Of a stretch of 64,000 nucleotides of DNA, positions 38,901 through 55,415 are shown one piece after another. The notes below the pieces were generated by a model that saw only the letters and a program-made list of their open reading frames with translations, did no database searches and was not told where the DNA came from. Where the stretch lies: the NCBI RefSeq assembly GCF_006345805.1, contig NC_043001.1, forward strand, positions 3,968,001 through 4,032,000, given 5' to 3'. A program made the translations under genes and the position numbers. Source of the stretch: Octopus sinensis. Taxonomy: Eukaryota. Positions within the stretch are counted from its first letter, which is position 1, and each line of letters starts with the position of its first letter.

Positions 38901-39929
38901 AATTGACGAACCAAAATAATATAAATGGCTTACTGTTTAATCAAATTAAACAAACAATATTTAACCAGTTGACTAATAATGCAGGGGTGGAATCGAACCA
39001 GTGTACGTGTTAAAAATATTGGCATATTGGCTATCCATAGAAACAAAAAAGAGACTAGTAGAATAAAAACGAGAGATAAAGTTTATAATGTTAAATTTTG
39101 TGCCTCCTTAGGTATCTTGTCAAAATACACCTCATTCTTTAATCAAGGTTAATCACATCGTAGTATTTGATGATAGTTACACGCATACACTAGAAAACTG
39201 AACAGAAAAGGAAAAACATTTCTCAGGCTTTCTTGTGCATACGAGTAGCTAGAGACAGCTGCCAAAATGCATCGTAATCAAATTAAACGAAATGTAGGTT
39301 AAAGAACCAGGTGCCTTTTGCCAAATCACTTAATGAGGCACATTTCCACCGACAGAAGCACCGCAGTTATTTGTACGGCATTTCACCTGCGAGGAACCAA
39401 TTTTACTGGTTAAGAAAGTATATCGTAAATTCCATTCAATATCTCTTTCTGTCATATGTTATGAGCTCTATGGTCACGAGAGAATTCCTGAACTAATCTC
39501 GTAGCATTTAAATTCATACTTTCAACGGCATCAGGTTGACGAATATAGTGAATGAGATTTAAATGGTATCCTGCAATGTGTCTACCCAAATATATATTAT
39601 ATACGGGGTTGAGGGTCTTAAAATTAACTGGTTCTAAGGGTTTTGTGAAAAGCCTTGTTCGCGACCCAACCTTCCGAGTTCTTTCACAATGTTTATGAAA
39701 GCTGAAGTACCGCTGCAATAAATGTATAAATCTGAGAGGGGAATATCTCGAATTAAATCAAAATTAACTGGTTTTCCTGTATTTTCTTATACCCGAAGCC
39801 AGAAACTTTTCCGCACGACCTCGTATACATATATACATACGAACATGCATACATACGTACCTACATATACATACATACATATTGATAGATGGACAGACAG
39901 ACAGACAGACAGATAGAAGATAGATAGAC

Positions 39930-39995
<66 letters not shown>

Positions 39996-40045
39996 GTAGG
40001 TAGATAGCTAGCTAGCTAGTTAGATATATTGATAGATATACAGAC

Positions 40046-40097
<52 letters not shown>

Positions 40098-40199
40098 AAG
40101 AGAGAGAGAGAGATAGGTAGATAGATAGATAGATAGATAGACAGATGGATAGATGGATGGATGGTTATGTAGATAAATGTATCATTACTATAAAGGAAA

Positions 40200-41450
40200 A
40201 TGGTATTGCAAAGGCGCTTGAATTTCTATGATGTATATAACAAAATACTGAAAACAAAGCTGTTATTTGTATGGATGGTGTCAGTAGGAAAAGTGACAAG
40301 AAATTTTGTTGAGAAAAATGCACCAAAGCGACCTTGGGGAGTAGAAAATTAATTAAAATCACTAACAGCATGTTAGATTAAGAAACAGAAATGATTAAAT
40401 TAGATCAAACACAGACAGTAAGTTAAGAATAACGAAAGAGACTGAGTGGAACTTAGACAAAAACGGTTAGAAAGGAATATCGAGAGACGCATAAGGTTAA
40501 TGGTTATTGCATAACCAAATACCAAAAAAAAGGTACAAAAAAATAAGATAAGGTATTATGCATCAATATTCTAACTGTTTCAATAATCAGATATACTCGT
40601 AATATTCGCAACTGGAATGTAAGTGAATTCACAAGATTAGAAAGCAATGAAATTAATGAATAATTTATAATGCACCCCGTAAAGTCGCAGCCACAAATGC
40701 ATTAGGTAAAATATAAAGAGAAATTAATAAAAATAACTGCAGAGTTTAGAAAACAAAGCAAAAGAAAACCGTTTTCTGTTTTCTTTTTTCTTTTTTGCAA
40801 GTGGTTGACGTAACAGACATCTGTAAGAAAGTTGGAGATCAGCAAGAGAAACTATTAAAAAATGTTAAAAGCTGAATTGGAAATGCTACTAGAAAATGTA
40901 TGATTAGTTCGGCGAAAAAGGCCGCTATATAACCAATAACCAACAAAACGGAGTAAATTAGAAGCAGATGCAAAGCAGCAATTCTTTACTAGCTCGGGGA
41001 ACGCGTTCTAAAGAGAGGAGGCATTTATATCACAGAAGAAAACTAAAACCATGCCACCAAGAAATTTCACAAGCACGATGCAACTATAAAGATGGTAACT
41101 GAACGTGTTTAGGCTCAGAAGGGAAGCGCAAATATTGTGGACTAGGAAGGTAGATTAAATCCATCAACTGCATTGTTTGCAACTGTTTTGCTTTTGTCGG
41201 TACAAATTATGTAGAGAGATGACAAAGCTGCTGCTTATGCAGAGGTTATACAACATAATGAAAACCGCAAGGTAATAGACGTTTGTCATTGAATAGAGTT
41301 GGTCAACTTTGGTATCAATCATAGTTTTAAATTGCTTTATGTTGTTCGATGATGATGGTGGAGTAAAGCGGTTCACCACATCTTTATCAAAATCTCTCAA
41401 GAAGGGATGAGACTATTGATAAAATTTTAGTCCAATGATACAAAAAATGT
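40200..41450 (+). mobile_element. Old Dong/R4-clade LINE fragment (RT C-terminus to endonuclease)
   Basis: EKCTKATLGSRKLIKITNSMLD.ETEMIKLDQTQT aligns to EKCAKVTVKRGKLVKSNNITLDKTNEIKELDQSQT of the 46-kb copy; later IIRY...NW, MHP and INCIVCNC...NYVER.DK remnants. Confidence 0.7.
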
Positions 41451-42149
41451 ATCTCCAAAAGAAACAGAAAACTCAGCCAAACATAAATATTTAGAAATAG
41501 TGATAACCTGATTCAGCCGGTTGAAAACAAATATTTTGTGCAAGAGAAATAGTTTCCTTGCGAATAATTGAAAACACAACGGACAAATACATAACGAAAC
41601 TCCTCAGGACTTCTATATATAATGCAGTGAAAATAGCACACCTCTACAGTTCAAATAAATAATACAGTGCAATAAGAATAGAAAAACCTAAAGAAAACGC
41701 TGCACATACCTAAGGCACACAGAACTGCACTCTGTGGTAGTGTGGAAATAGGCAGCAAAATAACAATACTGAAGAAAAACAAATTTCACTCTGAAGAAAA
41801 TCCACATTTTTCATTTTCTGAATATCGTAGTTTCCATTTTTAGGTCTACACAGATTCTTACTATTCTAACGTTTAAAAAAATATATATAACATTCTTACT
41901 AAATGTTAAGTAATTTGATTTTTCCCAATCTATTTTCAATATTCTCATTTTATTATTGTCTTTTTTTACTTCTTTACATCCGTTTCCGAGATTCTTCTTT
42001 CAATTCCAACTGTATTCTTACATTTCAATACCTTTCTTAACTATTTACCCTTTGAAAACTTTTTAATGCCAAACAAAATGTTTATGTTGTAGGCGATGGT
42101 TAGCTCCAGGCAACCATCACAAATCCGATTTTTGTGTATCAATAAATAA

Positions 42150-42315
42150 ATTATACTCTGTGAACTTCCCTTTTTAATCCTTGTTGTGTGCTTTTGTAAC
42201 TGGGCGCCCTAGTCTAATTCCGTTTATATCCCCTTGATGTCTTCTGATATTGTTCCCAAGGACCCAACAATAATTAGCACTATCTTCACAATCTCCATAT
42301 TCCATCGCCTGTTTA
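42150..42315 (-). mobile_element. Dong/R4 3'-end fragment
   Basis: Minus strand: RRWNMEIVKIVLIIVGSLGTISEDI. Confidence 0.6.
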
Positions 42316-42347
42316 TTTCGTACTTATGTGGTTGCTATAATAATAGA

Positions 42348-42386
<39 letters not shown>

Positions 42387-42429
42387 TTTAAGTATTATTA
42401 TTATTATTATTATTATAAAAGTCGGAACT

Positions 42430-42830
42430 CTTGATTATTGGTATGGACATCATCCTCAGTCATTGAAGGTAAAAAGGTCATTATCCTCTTAGATTTACCA
42501 GCCAGCACCCACAGAACTCTCCAGGCCTAGTCATCAAGGACTGAGAAGGAAATGCTTGCAAATAGATGTAAGTGTCCCCACTGATAAAATATATATTAGT
42601 AAAGGAATTCGACAAATTCAGTAAATATAAGGAACTGGAAATCAAAATACAAAGAAAAATAAGTCATCTTAAAATGAAAACTATTCCTGTTATTGTAGGT
42701 TCCATATGTATGGTGAAAATGGATGTTCGAAGCATCTAAATAGCATCCCAGGAGAACCATGTCTCAAAGAAATCCAAAAGATTGTGCTGACAAGTATTGC
42801 TCAAATCCTTAGAAAAACCTTATCAATTTA
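42430..42830 (+). mobile_element. Dong/R4 endonuclease (RLE) 3' fragment following (AAT)n/(TAT)n
   Basis: KCLQIDVSVPTDK...KFSKYKELEI...MKTIPVIVGS...SIAQILRKTLSI*. Confidence 0.8.
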
Positions 42831-43049
42831 AATTCTTATGCTGTATTACATGCAAAAATTTTCCTGCCACCTTGGCACTTCCCCTCCCCAAGCTTTCAGT
42901 CATACTGTAACATCTCTTTTTCTTCACTCGCCTTAGGACGCTGGGTGTGTCTCGGCAATTGATTACAACAAACACACAGATTACAAATAAATTACTACAA
43001 TAACGATAAAGAAAGTTAGAGGGAGCTTTATGGTCGCATCCCAGGTTCA

Positions 43050-43530
43050 GGCGATAAAGACAAACAACTTAGTGAACAATGTATATGAGGATGATATCTC
43101 AGAAAATGTAGAATCTATGGAACGTGGAACAAGACAGAGGTACACAATTTTGCAGAATGCCCCAACTTGACACAAGAGAAATATGAGAAATGGAGGTTGC
43201 AAAAGTTTGATACTGGAAGCTTTGTCAGAAATGGAGATTTAAAGCTAGAGATACATGTTATGAAGGTCGGGTCGAAAGAGTGCTGGAGTCGGAAAATTGT
43301 GAAATCAAACGGACAAGAAACCAGAAAAAAAATACACCGGACATAACAATAATAAAGAAGGAAAAGTGAAGTCGCTTATTAATTGCTACATCATGTCCGT
43401 TTAGTTCCAAGATTCTAAAGAGGAAAGATGAAAAAATACAATCCTTTAAATGTTGAAATTGTAAGAATTAGGAATATGAAAACAGTAAAGGTTGTGCCTA
43501 TTGCAATTGGTGTATTGGGAATTGTAAGTA
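43050..43530 (+). mobile_element. Dong/R4 RLE fragment (different subfamily)
   Basis: KCRIYG...AECPNLTQEKY...YWKLCQKW...ERVLESENCEI...PDITIIKKE...CPF...NMKTVKVVPIAIGVLG. Confidence 0.75.
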
Positions 43531-45688
43531 AAGATGTAAATATAGGCACCATGTTCATCGTCCTAATAAAAAGCCCTTAGGCTAGGACCCTTTTAGCAGT
43601 GTAGGCTATTCGACGATAAAAATTAGAATAACCAAGTAAATGTGATTGAATCTTCTTATAAAAATATCTAAAAATCTCCCAGTAGAGGTCGTCTATCTAT
43701 CAATTCCTCAGAGCACTGAGCAGGCTAGAAGTAGCTAAACAAAGACATGTAAAGATATCATGAAATTACGAATAATATTTCCGCAAGGATGTTATAAAAC
43801 CAATAGGTTTCACCTGTGAATTTTGCATGAAGTTTGAACCTTTAAAAAACAACGTGATGGTTCCAAATTTTTAAAAAGATGCTTGAGCCTATTTAAAAAT
43901 TATAAAGAAACGATCAATTGCCATGAACTGAAATTTTGGTGTTTGGAAGAAAATAATTTGAAACGTTGATGAAGAACATTCGTGGATCCAGAGAATACAG
44001 AAGAATAGATTCGGTCATTATAAAGTGTGATATCCTTATTAAGAAGAGTGTGAAACTCATGCGAAAAAAAAACTGAATTTGTTACAAAGAAAAATATAAA
44101 TTGTATTGTTAAGTAAACAGAGAACAGTTGAGTGCTCAGGTGCTTTGGCAGCCGCCAATATTGGAGATAATATTATTGTTTCTATTATAGGCACAAGGCC
44201 TGCAATTTGTGGGGAGAGTCTACTCGATTCTATCAACTCCAATACTTGACAGGCGCTTATTCTATCGATTTCGAAAGGAAGAAACGAAAAGACGACCTCG
44301 GTGGATTTTGAGCTCAAAACACACAAAATGCGGCTAATAATTTCTTCTGGTGTGCAAACGGTTTTGCCGGCACAATTACTTATGATATAAGGAAGAAATC
44401 ACTGTAAGGTGAATATAAATGTTTGATTAAGTTTTCACCGAAGCGTTAAAGGTGCTGTCACAGCTATCGACATATATGTTGGCGCCATTAACTGCAACAT
44501 CGAAGAAGTACGATGCGTGGGTACAAAAGCTAAAACACCGTTGGCGATATATGTTTGATAAAATGTTGATTTTGATGGACAGCATTGGATACAGTATATA
44601 TGATTGTAGATGACTGAGTTATAAACAGCGCAGAAAATCATGTGTTAAGGCTGAGATGCAGTGAAAGCATCTCTAAGTCAGAAAGGAAATAACGTAAACA
44701 AAGTAAATAAAAATGCCGAGAGCAAAGATATTCCGGAAGGGAGAATGATGATATTACCGGAAGCAACAAGGAAAAGTGAACGAAATAAGAACGCAAGAAA
44801 CTATCTGCTAGAACACTGCATTTTCAAGGATCTTGTCTGGAAGTTGCTGTACAAGAAAAGGGGTGGGAAGAAATTTCCACAAAAGGTTGGACAATGTCAG
44901 CCTAAGAACAAGAGTAACCAGAATCTTTGATAATTTTGATATGTCAACGCTATGCTGTTTACGTGGTGAAAATGGAGAAATTGCCGCTCGCTTCGCATTA
45001 GTAAGTAAGGACCTGGCACAAGCGTTATAAAGGGGAAGTTTATTAAAATATGTCTAGAACAATGAGAAAAGTTATCTGTAATACTCACGAACGAAATTGG
45101 ACGAAAATAAACGACAAGACACATATAGAAAATTACACTCCAAACAGACATTGCAGTGATGCACTCCGTACCAGATATTCTTTTAATATAGAACAATTCT
45201 AAACGTTAGAATAAATGATAAAAGGAGAACTTAAAGGATAGTAAATGTAGTCTGCAATTTTGAAGTCAGAAAAGAAATTGATAAGATAAATACCATAAAG
45301 TGATTACTAAAGTGACATTGAAATTCTACAGAGATGATAATAATTTCTGGTGTATTTGATTAGGTGGTGCAGTGTCTGAGGATATCACCGAATGATTTTC
45401 TATTATGATCGTAACAATTAATTTTGTGTCACTACTGAAGACACACACCTTCGATATGTTCACAACTTTAACTGATATAAAAGGGAAGGTCGATAGGGGA
45501 AATGAATTGATTAAAACTAAAAATGTGTTAATAAAAGTATGATTATCAGACAAAGTTTGAAAGAACAAAAATATTCCGCAGGGAGATTTTCCATGAGGTG
45601 GAGCGCTGTGTTTAGCGAGAAACAGCCGCTGAGGGTTTAGGATGATAATAATAATAGCAACAACGACAACAGCAACAACAACAACAAC

Positions 45689-47992
<2,304 letters not shown>

Positions 47993-48159
47993 AATAATAA
48001 TAATAGTAATAATAATCATAACTTTCATGGCTTCTCATTTAAACTCTTTCGTGACTTCTCTTCTGATTTGAAGTGTTATCATGTATATTGTTCGTCTAGG
48101 TATAAAAGATGGGCTACAGCAAATATTCTGCTCAATACCACAGATTTCGATCCATATGA

Positions 48160-48650
48160 GCCTCGTCGACTCATATGGATGCAAAGACCAAGTCTTAATC
48201 AATTGCGTGATCCTTTAGAACTGTCATAACAAACGCAGAAATCTCAGTTCTGCACGGATTGATTATAAAAAGATCGTTTGACTCTATACTGCATTCAGGG
48301 ATCTTGAAATCGCTGGATATCTTCAAAATTTCTCTTGTGATTTCAAACTTCCTGAAGCCTATATCAGTGTGGAATACGAATCTCCAACTATAGCACTCTG
48401 ATGGAGTACTGACAACAAAAATATTAATAACAACTGCGTTGATATTAACAGTTCCGGTTGATATTTACAGTTCCAATATGTTGAAATGGAATATGAGCGA
48501 AATCAGGAAGACTGACAGGAAAACCTGAAGCAGCTGAGTTGCAATAAGATGCACCACCCAAAGGTAGACACAGATCGTCTTTACCTACGCAAAGCTAAAG
48601 GAGGTCAAGGGTTTATTCAATTTGAAATCTCTCACAAAACCAACGCAAAT
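48160..48650 (+). mobile_element. Dong/R4 RT fragment with internal deletion
   Basis: YGCKDQVLIN...RNLSSA.IDYKK.FDSI.HS.ILKSLDIFKIS, then KMHHPKVDTDRLYLRKAKGGQG. Confidence 0.8.
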
Positions 48651-48779
48651 ATTTGTTATTGAGTAGAATATTTGTTCTAGTTCATCTTTTATACAAGGAC
48701 AGATCATGAACATGTTTAGATTTCCAATCTTTTAAGATGAGAATCTATTAAATCCGCTGTCTGTTAATGTATAGGAATT

Positions 48780-48792
48780 GTTATTATTATTA

Positions 48793-48859
<67 letters not shown>

Positions 48860-48868
48860 TACTATAAC

Positions 48869-48925
<57 letters not shown>

Positions 48926-49075
48926 TACTACTACTATTACTATTATTATTATTATCATTATTATTATATTATTATTATTATTATTATTATTATCATTACT
49001 ATACTATTACTATTATTATTATTATTATTATTATTAATATTGTTGTTGTTGTTGTTGTTATTATTATTATTATGT
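48780..49075. repeat. (TTA)n/(CTA)n/(TTG)n microsatellite
   Basis: Read directly from the sequence. Confidence 0.95.
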
Positions 49076-49269
49076 TGCTTCTCAGAGCGCTCCATCTCGT
49101 TTGTTGTGGTAGATTCTGTGAGAACGGACGGCATACTGCTGTCAGAGTATTCACAAATTCTCTTTCCGCCCATTATAATCTTTGATAATTGGTTGTGAAT
49201 TATCGTGAGAGAGAAAATCCTAGCAATCGGAAAATCCTAGCAGTCCTCAACAGATCAGACATGGAAGAA

Positions 49270-49460
49270 TCGTTAGCATATCGGACAAAACTCTTAGCGG
49301 CACTTCGTCCGTGTTCATATCCTGACTTCTATGATCGGCGATCGCTTTTGCCTTTCATCTTTTTGGGATCGATAAAATATGCAAAATTGGAGAAATGGAG
49401 TCGATATAATCGACTTACTCTTCCCCCGAAATTGCTGGCCTTGTGCCCAAATTTGAAATC
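49270..49460 (+). mobile_element. Degenerate SINE family B
   Basis: cgttagca...cttagcggcacttcgtc...ttttgcctttcatc...tcgataaaat...gtcgatataatcgactta. Confidence 0.65.
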
Positions 49461-50330
49461 ATTATTCTTATTGTTATTATTCACCAAAATAGAAAATAAT
49501 CGAATGGAACAAATATTGTGCAGTTTCATCCAAATAAACAAGAAAAAATATAATTATGTATCATATAAAAGTAGATGAAAATTAAATCAATAACAAAGTA
49601 AAACAAAAGTTTTGGTGGGGAAATAAGAAAAAAATAAAAGATACATATATACGCACCCCACACACAGAGTCTTACACACACATACATGCACACATAGACA
49701 CTCACACACTCATATAAAGTAATATTTATAAGAAAACATCTTGAAGCTATGGTTGGTGAAAGTAAGAAGTGTATTCCAAATAAAGTTGAGAATTTTTGGT
49801 AAAATCTTAAAATAGTGCTGTTTTGTTGCCGTAAGCTATAATTATTGATTAACAAGATAATCTTTTATAACTAATCACTTTTGTTTATCATTCCAGCGGT
49901 AAACACGTCTTGACGTAGAAATCATTAAAGACCTACTAATAGAACAATAATTACGGTTGATATAATCAGGGAAAATAGTAATTTTCAAGGAAATAGATTA
50001 TTTGGTAGCAAAACGCTACAGATGTTGACCATTAGCCCAAACCATTTTAGATTAACAGGATTTTAGAATTTTTCCTCTGTGATTCAATATGTTCGGCTTA
50101 AGATGATTCTGTTGATCGAGCTAAACAATGTCTGATTACTCTCAGACTAATAAATTATTGCTACGTCTTTTGCAGAAAGCGGTTTGGTGTGTCAGATATG
50201 TTAAACTCTGTGGTACTAAATACTACGTATGAAGAATATTTAGTTGCTATAATTTTCACCCGAAGACAGTTCTGAGTAAGTAGAGTTAAGACCATACAGG
50301 TTTCAGCTAAAATCATAGCTGTTTTTCTAG

Positions 50331-50880
50331 GGTGGCAAGCTGGCAGAAATGTTAGCACGCCGGGAGAAATGCTTAGCGGTATTTCGTCTGCCGTTACGTT
50401 GTGAGTTCAAATTCCGCCGAGGTCGACTTTGCCTTTCATCCTTTAGGGGTCGATAAATTAAGTACCAGCTACGTACTGGGGTCGATGTAATCGACTTAAT
50501 ACCTATGTCTGTCCTTGTTTGTCCCTTCTATGTTTAGCCCCTAGTGGGTAATAAAGAAATAGGTATTTTGTCTGCCGCTACTTTCTGAGTTCAAATTCCG
50601 CCGAGATCGACTTTGCCTTTCATCCTTTCAGGGTCGATTAAATAAGTACCAGTTACGCACTGGGGGCGATGTAATCGACTTAATCCTTTTGTCTGTCATT
50701 GTTTGTCCTCTCTGTGTTTAGCCCCTTGTGGGTAGTAAAGAAATAGGTATTTCGTCTGCCGTTACATTGTGAGTTCAAATTCCGTCGAGGTCGACTTTGC
50801 TCTTCATACTTTTGGGGTCGATAAATTAAGTACCAATTGCATACTGGGGTCGACTTGTCCCCTTTCCCAAAATTTCAGTC
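50331..50880 (+). mobile_element. SINE family B, head-to-tail trimer
   Basis: One full unit plus two headless units; junctions AAAGAAATA|GGTATTT after 50561 and 50745. Confidence 0.9.
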
Positions 50881-51004
50881 CTTTATAAAAGATTATACTG
50901 GATTTCTCTCCGGAAAAAAATGTATTTATGTAAGATTCAATATGGGGTCCGTTCTTTATTTTAAAACTGTAGAGCTTAAATAATCTGCTAGTTGTTTAAC
51001 TCAG

Positions 51005-51355
51005 CAGACAGCGGCCATGCTGGAGTACTGACTTGAATAATTTTAAATGAAAGAATCAACTATTTTTCTTTTTTTAAGCCTGTTACTTTTTCTCTCGCTA
51101 AGTTACAGAGATGTAAACAAACCAATGCAAGTTTTTAAGATGTGGCCTGTAACAAACAGGAATACAATGACCCACACACACACATACAAGTGAAAAGTTT
51201 CTTTCAGTTTCCTTTAACCGAATTCACTGGAAAACATTTGGTCAGTCCGAGTCTAGAGTTGAATACACTTGCCCAAGTAGCCACTCAGTGGGACTGAACC
51301 CTGGACCATGTGGTTTGTAAGCGTACTCTTTACGACTCAGCGAAGCTTGCGCCTA
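51005..51355 (-). mobile_element. Older SINE family A copy
   Basis: gcggccatgctggag ... tttctttcagtttcc ... acacttgcccaag ... cagtgggactgaaccc..accatgtggtt. Confidence 0.75.
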
Positions 51356-52829
51356 TTTGTGACATGTTAACCTGAGCTTCAGTCGGTTCGGTTACGGAGA
51401 TGTGATTCCCAAGACCGACTTCATCACATTAAAATCACTGAATATTTCGCATTTGTATGTTTAAGGTAACGTGTAACAGGTTACCACCTGATGCCCCTGC
51501 AAATACCACTCACTCGAGTTGCTGGACTCTGTATTTCAAGGAAAGAAAGTGCAGTCCACTCCACTCATAGAAAAATGAAATTTATCACTGCTGTTTAACA
51601 CAGTTTCATATATTAAGGATAAACGATCAATGTAATTGGTATACTTATGATCAATCCTACCATGCCGTCTCCTTGTAAATTATCCAATTTTTTCTGAATT
51701 ATTCAGGGGTGTATTTTAATCATTTTTAATTCGAAGTTGCTCGCCACAGACGCATCCTACGCATAAATTATAAATTAATGAATACAGCGCACAGATCACA
51801 CTCTTCTACTGTGGTGGAGACGCGATACACTAACTTCCACCCAATTTAAATATTGCAGCCCAAACGAGACATAATCACGATCAAACAAAAGAACCTAGGA
51901 CTTATTTTTCATAATTTCGTAATAATCACAAGGATCAATAAAATAACATCGCGGAAAAGAATAAAACAACGACTTAAGGTAAAAGTGTTGTAACGTAGAA
52001 ACAAAATGCAACAATTCCCCCCAAAATAACGTTTTTTACAACTCCCGAGTAAAAGGAAGCAACTGATGGCGACGACAACGACGACGATGACGATGATGAT
52101 GATGGTGATGATGATGATGATGATGATGGTGATGGTGATGGTGATGGTAGTGGTGGTGGTGTTGTTGTTGGTGATGATGATGATGTTAATGATGATGGTG
52201 GTGGTGATGATGAGGATGATGATGATCATGGTACGTATGTGTATATATGTGCATGCGTGGGTATGTATTTATGTAGGTACTACATAAACACATCCACATA
52301 TATAAACACATAAAAATTCCCGGATAGTTCTTTGGTTTTCGATTTTCATCCGAATCGGTGCGTTCACTCCTCCCGTCCATGTGCTGCTTTCCATTACCGT
52401 GACACCTCAAACTATGCGTACTGTGCCACACGGTTAATGACTTCCAACCGGTTCACATCTCTCTGACAATCCTCCACTCTTGTATTACTCCGTCCCAAAT
52501 AATGTGTCAGAAGGCTGTCATTGGTATGTTACGTACTGGTTCAGGTCTTATCCGCACTGCCTTCTTGGATATTTACCATATAAATCCACATGTCATTCTG
52601 TAATTTATCTATATACAAATTTATCTATATACAAATTTATCTATATACAAAGTGATTCTTCTTGCAGCTCCTTTGAGTTGCATCTAAAATTACCAGCACA
52701 TTTTGATTAATCAGATTTAGATTAATCTCAATTCACACCTTCGTTTTTCTTAGGGAATAACACCAGAGAATTAGTCAGAATAAATACCCAATTTCAAAAG
52801 CTGGACTTCTGATTCACACACCTATATTT

Positions 52830-54380
52830 GGGAGGTTAATAGGCTTTTGATATCCATACTCCGAAGACGTTCTTGTCACCTTAGCACATACGACTCATCC
52901 ACAAAATATTCCTTGCTTTTTTTTCTCTTAGTTTTGAGTTATTTTCGAATTACTGTCGGTGACATGTTGCAAGATGAACTGCTTGTGTTGTTGCCTCCTT
53001 CTTGGTTGATATGTGAATCACTCATTTTTTTATTTATTTTTCATTTTGTAGTGCAACATTTCTGTTTACTTGTTGCAGCGATGTCATTTCTGTTTGTAAA
53101 ATTTAATTTTTATAAATTCATGTTTGGATTAACAACATTTTGCAAAACTTGTTCAGACATCTTACGGGTGAGTTTGCCTCATAAATAAGTAATGATATAT
53201 ATCTTTACACAAATAAATATTTACATAACATTTCAACACCTCTTTCTCAATTCGAAATTCAAATGTGTGGAAATTCAAATGTTTCAATGAATAATAATGA
53301 AGAAAATTAATATTCTTTTTTACTCAGCAGTTACATTTTGCGAGAATGCAGAGACCTCCTGCGCAATATCCATAGCTTTAGATGCCGATACAATAAGAAA
53401 GGAAAGATCTTGTGATTTTTCCTTCACTTGCTTGTTTTGCTACACTACACCGATGAATTTCTTTGTCATTCCACCTCCTACAAGCAGAAAAATGCAGGTT
53501 TTTTTTGTTTTCCTGTCATACGTACAATATCATTTTGCCATAATTTTAGACGATTTTAAGGAAGGATAAAGACGTTTAAGTCCATGACGATCTCGGCTAT
53601 ATCTGTATTTTACCACCAAATCACTAACCACTGGCAACTTTTCCCTTTTGCACTGCACACTGAAAGCGTACGCATCAATTGTTGTCACCGTGACAGCTGG
53701 TGATTATTACGACAGGTAGCTACCTAGGGACGAGTCTCAATACCAATACATTCACTTGTTTCAATATTTGTACTATGCAGAAAGATAGGTAGACACTATT
53801 TTAAAGCATCATTCATTTTTAGTCAAAACCCTTTTCCCATTAAATGTACAAAAGCCACATTTATCTGTTAAGAAGATCTATCACACGCTTCTCTTTGACT
53901 GCCCTTAGGCAAGTCTCTTTCGGAGCATTAACTCAGTGTCTTCCTTTACATCAGTCTGCCAAAATAGTTTCTGTAAATTGAATCTTAGTCTAGCATGTTC
54001 TTATTCCATGAACAGTTTCTACTGTTAACGTATTCTGTCCCCACCCCTCAGTTGTTGCAGTCTCCATTTGCAGTTCCAGCTAATTTATGCTGCGCCACGT
54101 AATCCTGTTTTACCTTTTAATCGCTTTACATAAAGATTGCTTTTATTCCTTCCATCACCATAGGCCTCATCGTTCTTCCTTCTGGTTTTGCAATGACGTA
54201 ATTGTTGAGGTGGGCTTTGCAATCGTCGAAGAACTGCCTCTCAACTCTAACTATCCATTCTCTGCCACAAATGTGACACTAAGCCAGAGGTTTGTCTTGG
54301 TCTTTAAGGTATGACATGAGCCATTGGTAGACTTTGGACTATTTGTGGTGCATTGGTTTGTCCCCTCGCATCCTCCTTCT
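52830..54380 (-). pseudogene. Decayed coding segments of an unidentified gene
   Basis: Acceptor-like sites ttttctag|AG (54380) and ttttctgcttgtag|GA (53477). Long single-frame protein-like reads broken by isolated stops, e.g. EAVLRRLQSPPQQLRHCKTRRKNDEAYGDGRNKSNLYVKRLK; EHARLRFNLQKLFWQTDVKEDTELMLRKRLA; KTKRKKSKEYFVDESYVLR*QERLRSMDIK. Confidence 0.45.
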
Positions 54381-55145
54381 CTAGAAAACTGGTATGGCAA
54401 TAGGTGTACGATGTAAAACACATCATTCAGCACATTTGCAGATTTTCATTTCGCTTTTCTGTTGCAGGTAGACTGAACATCTTATGCATTTCGATCGACA
54501 GGACAATTTGAAGTTTAAAATGAACTTCAATAAAATAAACACAATTTCGTAACATACCGATGCCATGTTTAATTCTTCGAGTGCATTAAATCCGGGACAA
54601 AAATGCACACCGATTCCAGCGGCATTAGTGACGCTATATTTCTATTGCATCTTACGTTCTTGCTCTGCAAAAGTGCTCGAGTGATGATGCGATTGATGAA
54701 GTTGTGGCCAAAATCATAACACTGAATGTTTCTAACAATATTGCAATCGAAATAAATGCAAATCTTTATCTAAAAGTAAGTGTAATTTGTTGTAGAATAT
54801 GCCGCTTTTATTTTCACATCGGTGAAATAGGTTTTGGCTCCAGATTTATATGGTATCTTTGCTTCAAGCAATTTTGTTTGTTTACGAATGGAAAAGAAAA
54901 TATTTTGTTCGAAAATTAAAATCTTTTTGTCCCCAACGGGGGAAAAAAGCCAATTAATTAATTACATTTCTATGTAGAAATTCTACATTAAACAAAACAA
55001 TTTCCACTTAATTTTGCTTGGAAAATCGACGAATTCGGAAAACAGGAAGTCTCACATCTGACTAATTCAGACCCATCAACATGATGTGAATAATGAGCGT
55101 GATGATCATGTTGATGATGATGGTGTTGATGATAGGGACAATAGC

Positions 55146-55181
<36 letters not shown>

Positions 55182-55365
55182 GATGATAATAATAATGATT
55201 TTTATATAACGATGATGATGATGATGATCATAATAATGATAAAATCCGGAATTTCAGCGAAACTCTGATTATTGTAATTGTCATAGAAACCCCAGGAATT
55301 GTTAAATAATATTCGTTGACGACAGTGTATGTTCAGCTGAAATTCCACTACTGCTGCTGCTGCTG

Positions 55366-55415
<50 letters not shown>

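Noticed and set aside
44640-45640. A-rich ORF remnants as the 5' part of the adjacent Dong/R4 element
   Set aside because: No motif I can tie to R4 or to any gag-like ORF1, and it is separated by a long (TAA)n; left unassigned.
48964-49200. Exon-like read GGKRICEYSDSSMPSVLTESTTTNEMERSEKQ
   Set aside because: Short, has no convincing splice sites and runs into a microsatellite.
50331-50880. CRISPR-like repeat array
   Set aside because: The units are about 185-bp SINE bodies with no unique spacers and no cas genes, in a eukaryotic context.
51545-51575. Possible 15-nt minus-strand microexon near 51510-51530 (polypyrimidine-cag|AGTCCAGCAACTCGA|gtgagt)
   Set aside because: The splice signals look good, but no intact host gene is identifiable to place it in, and it cannot be supported without RNA data.
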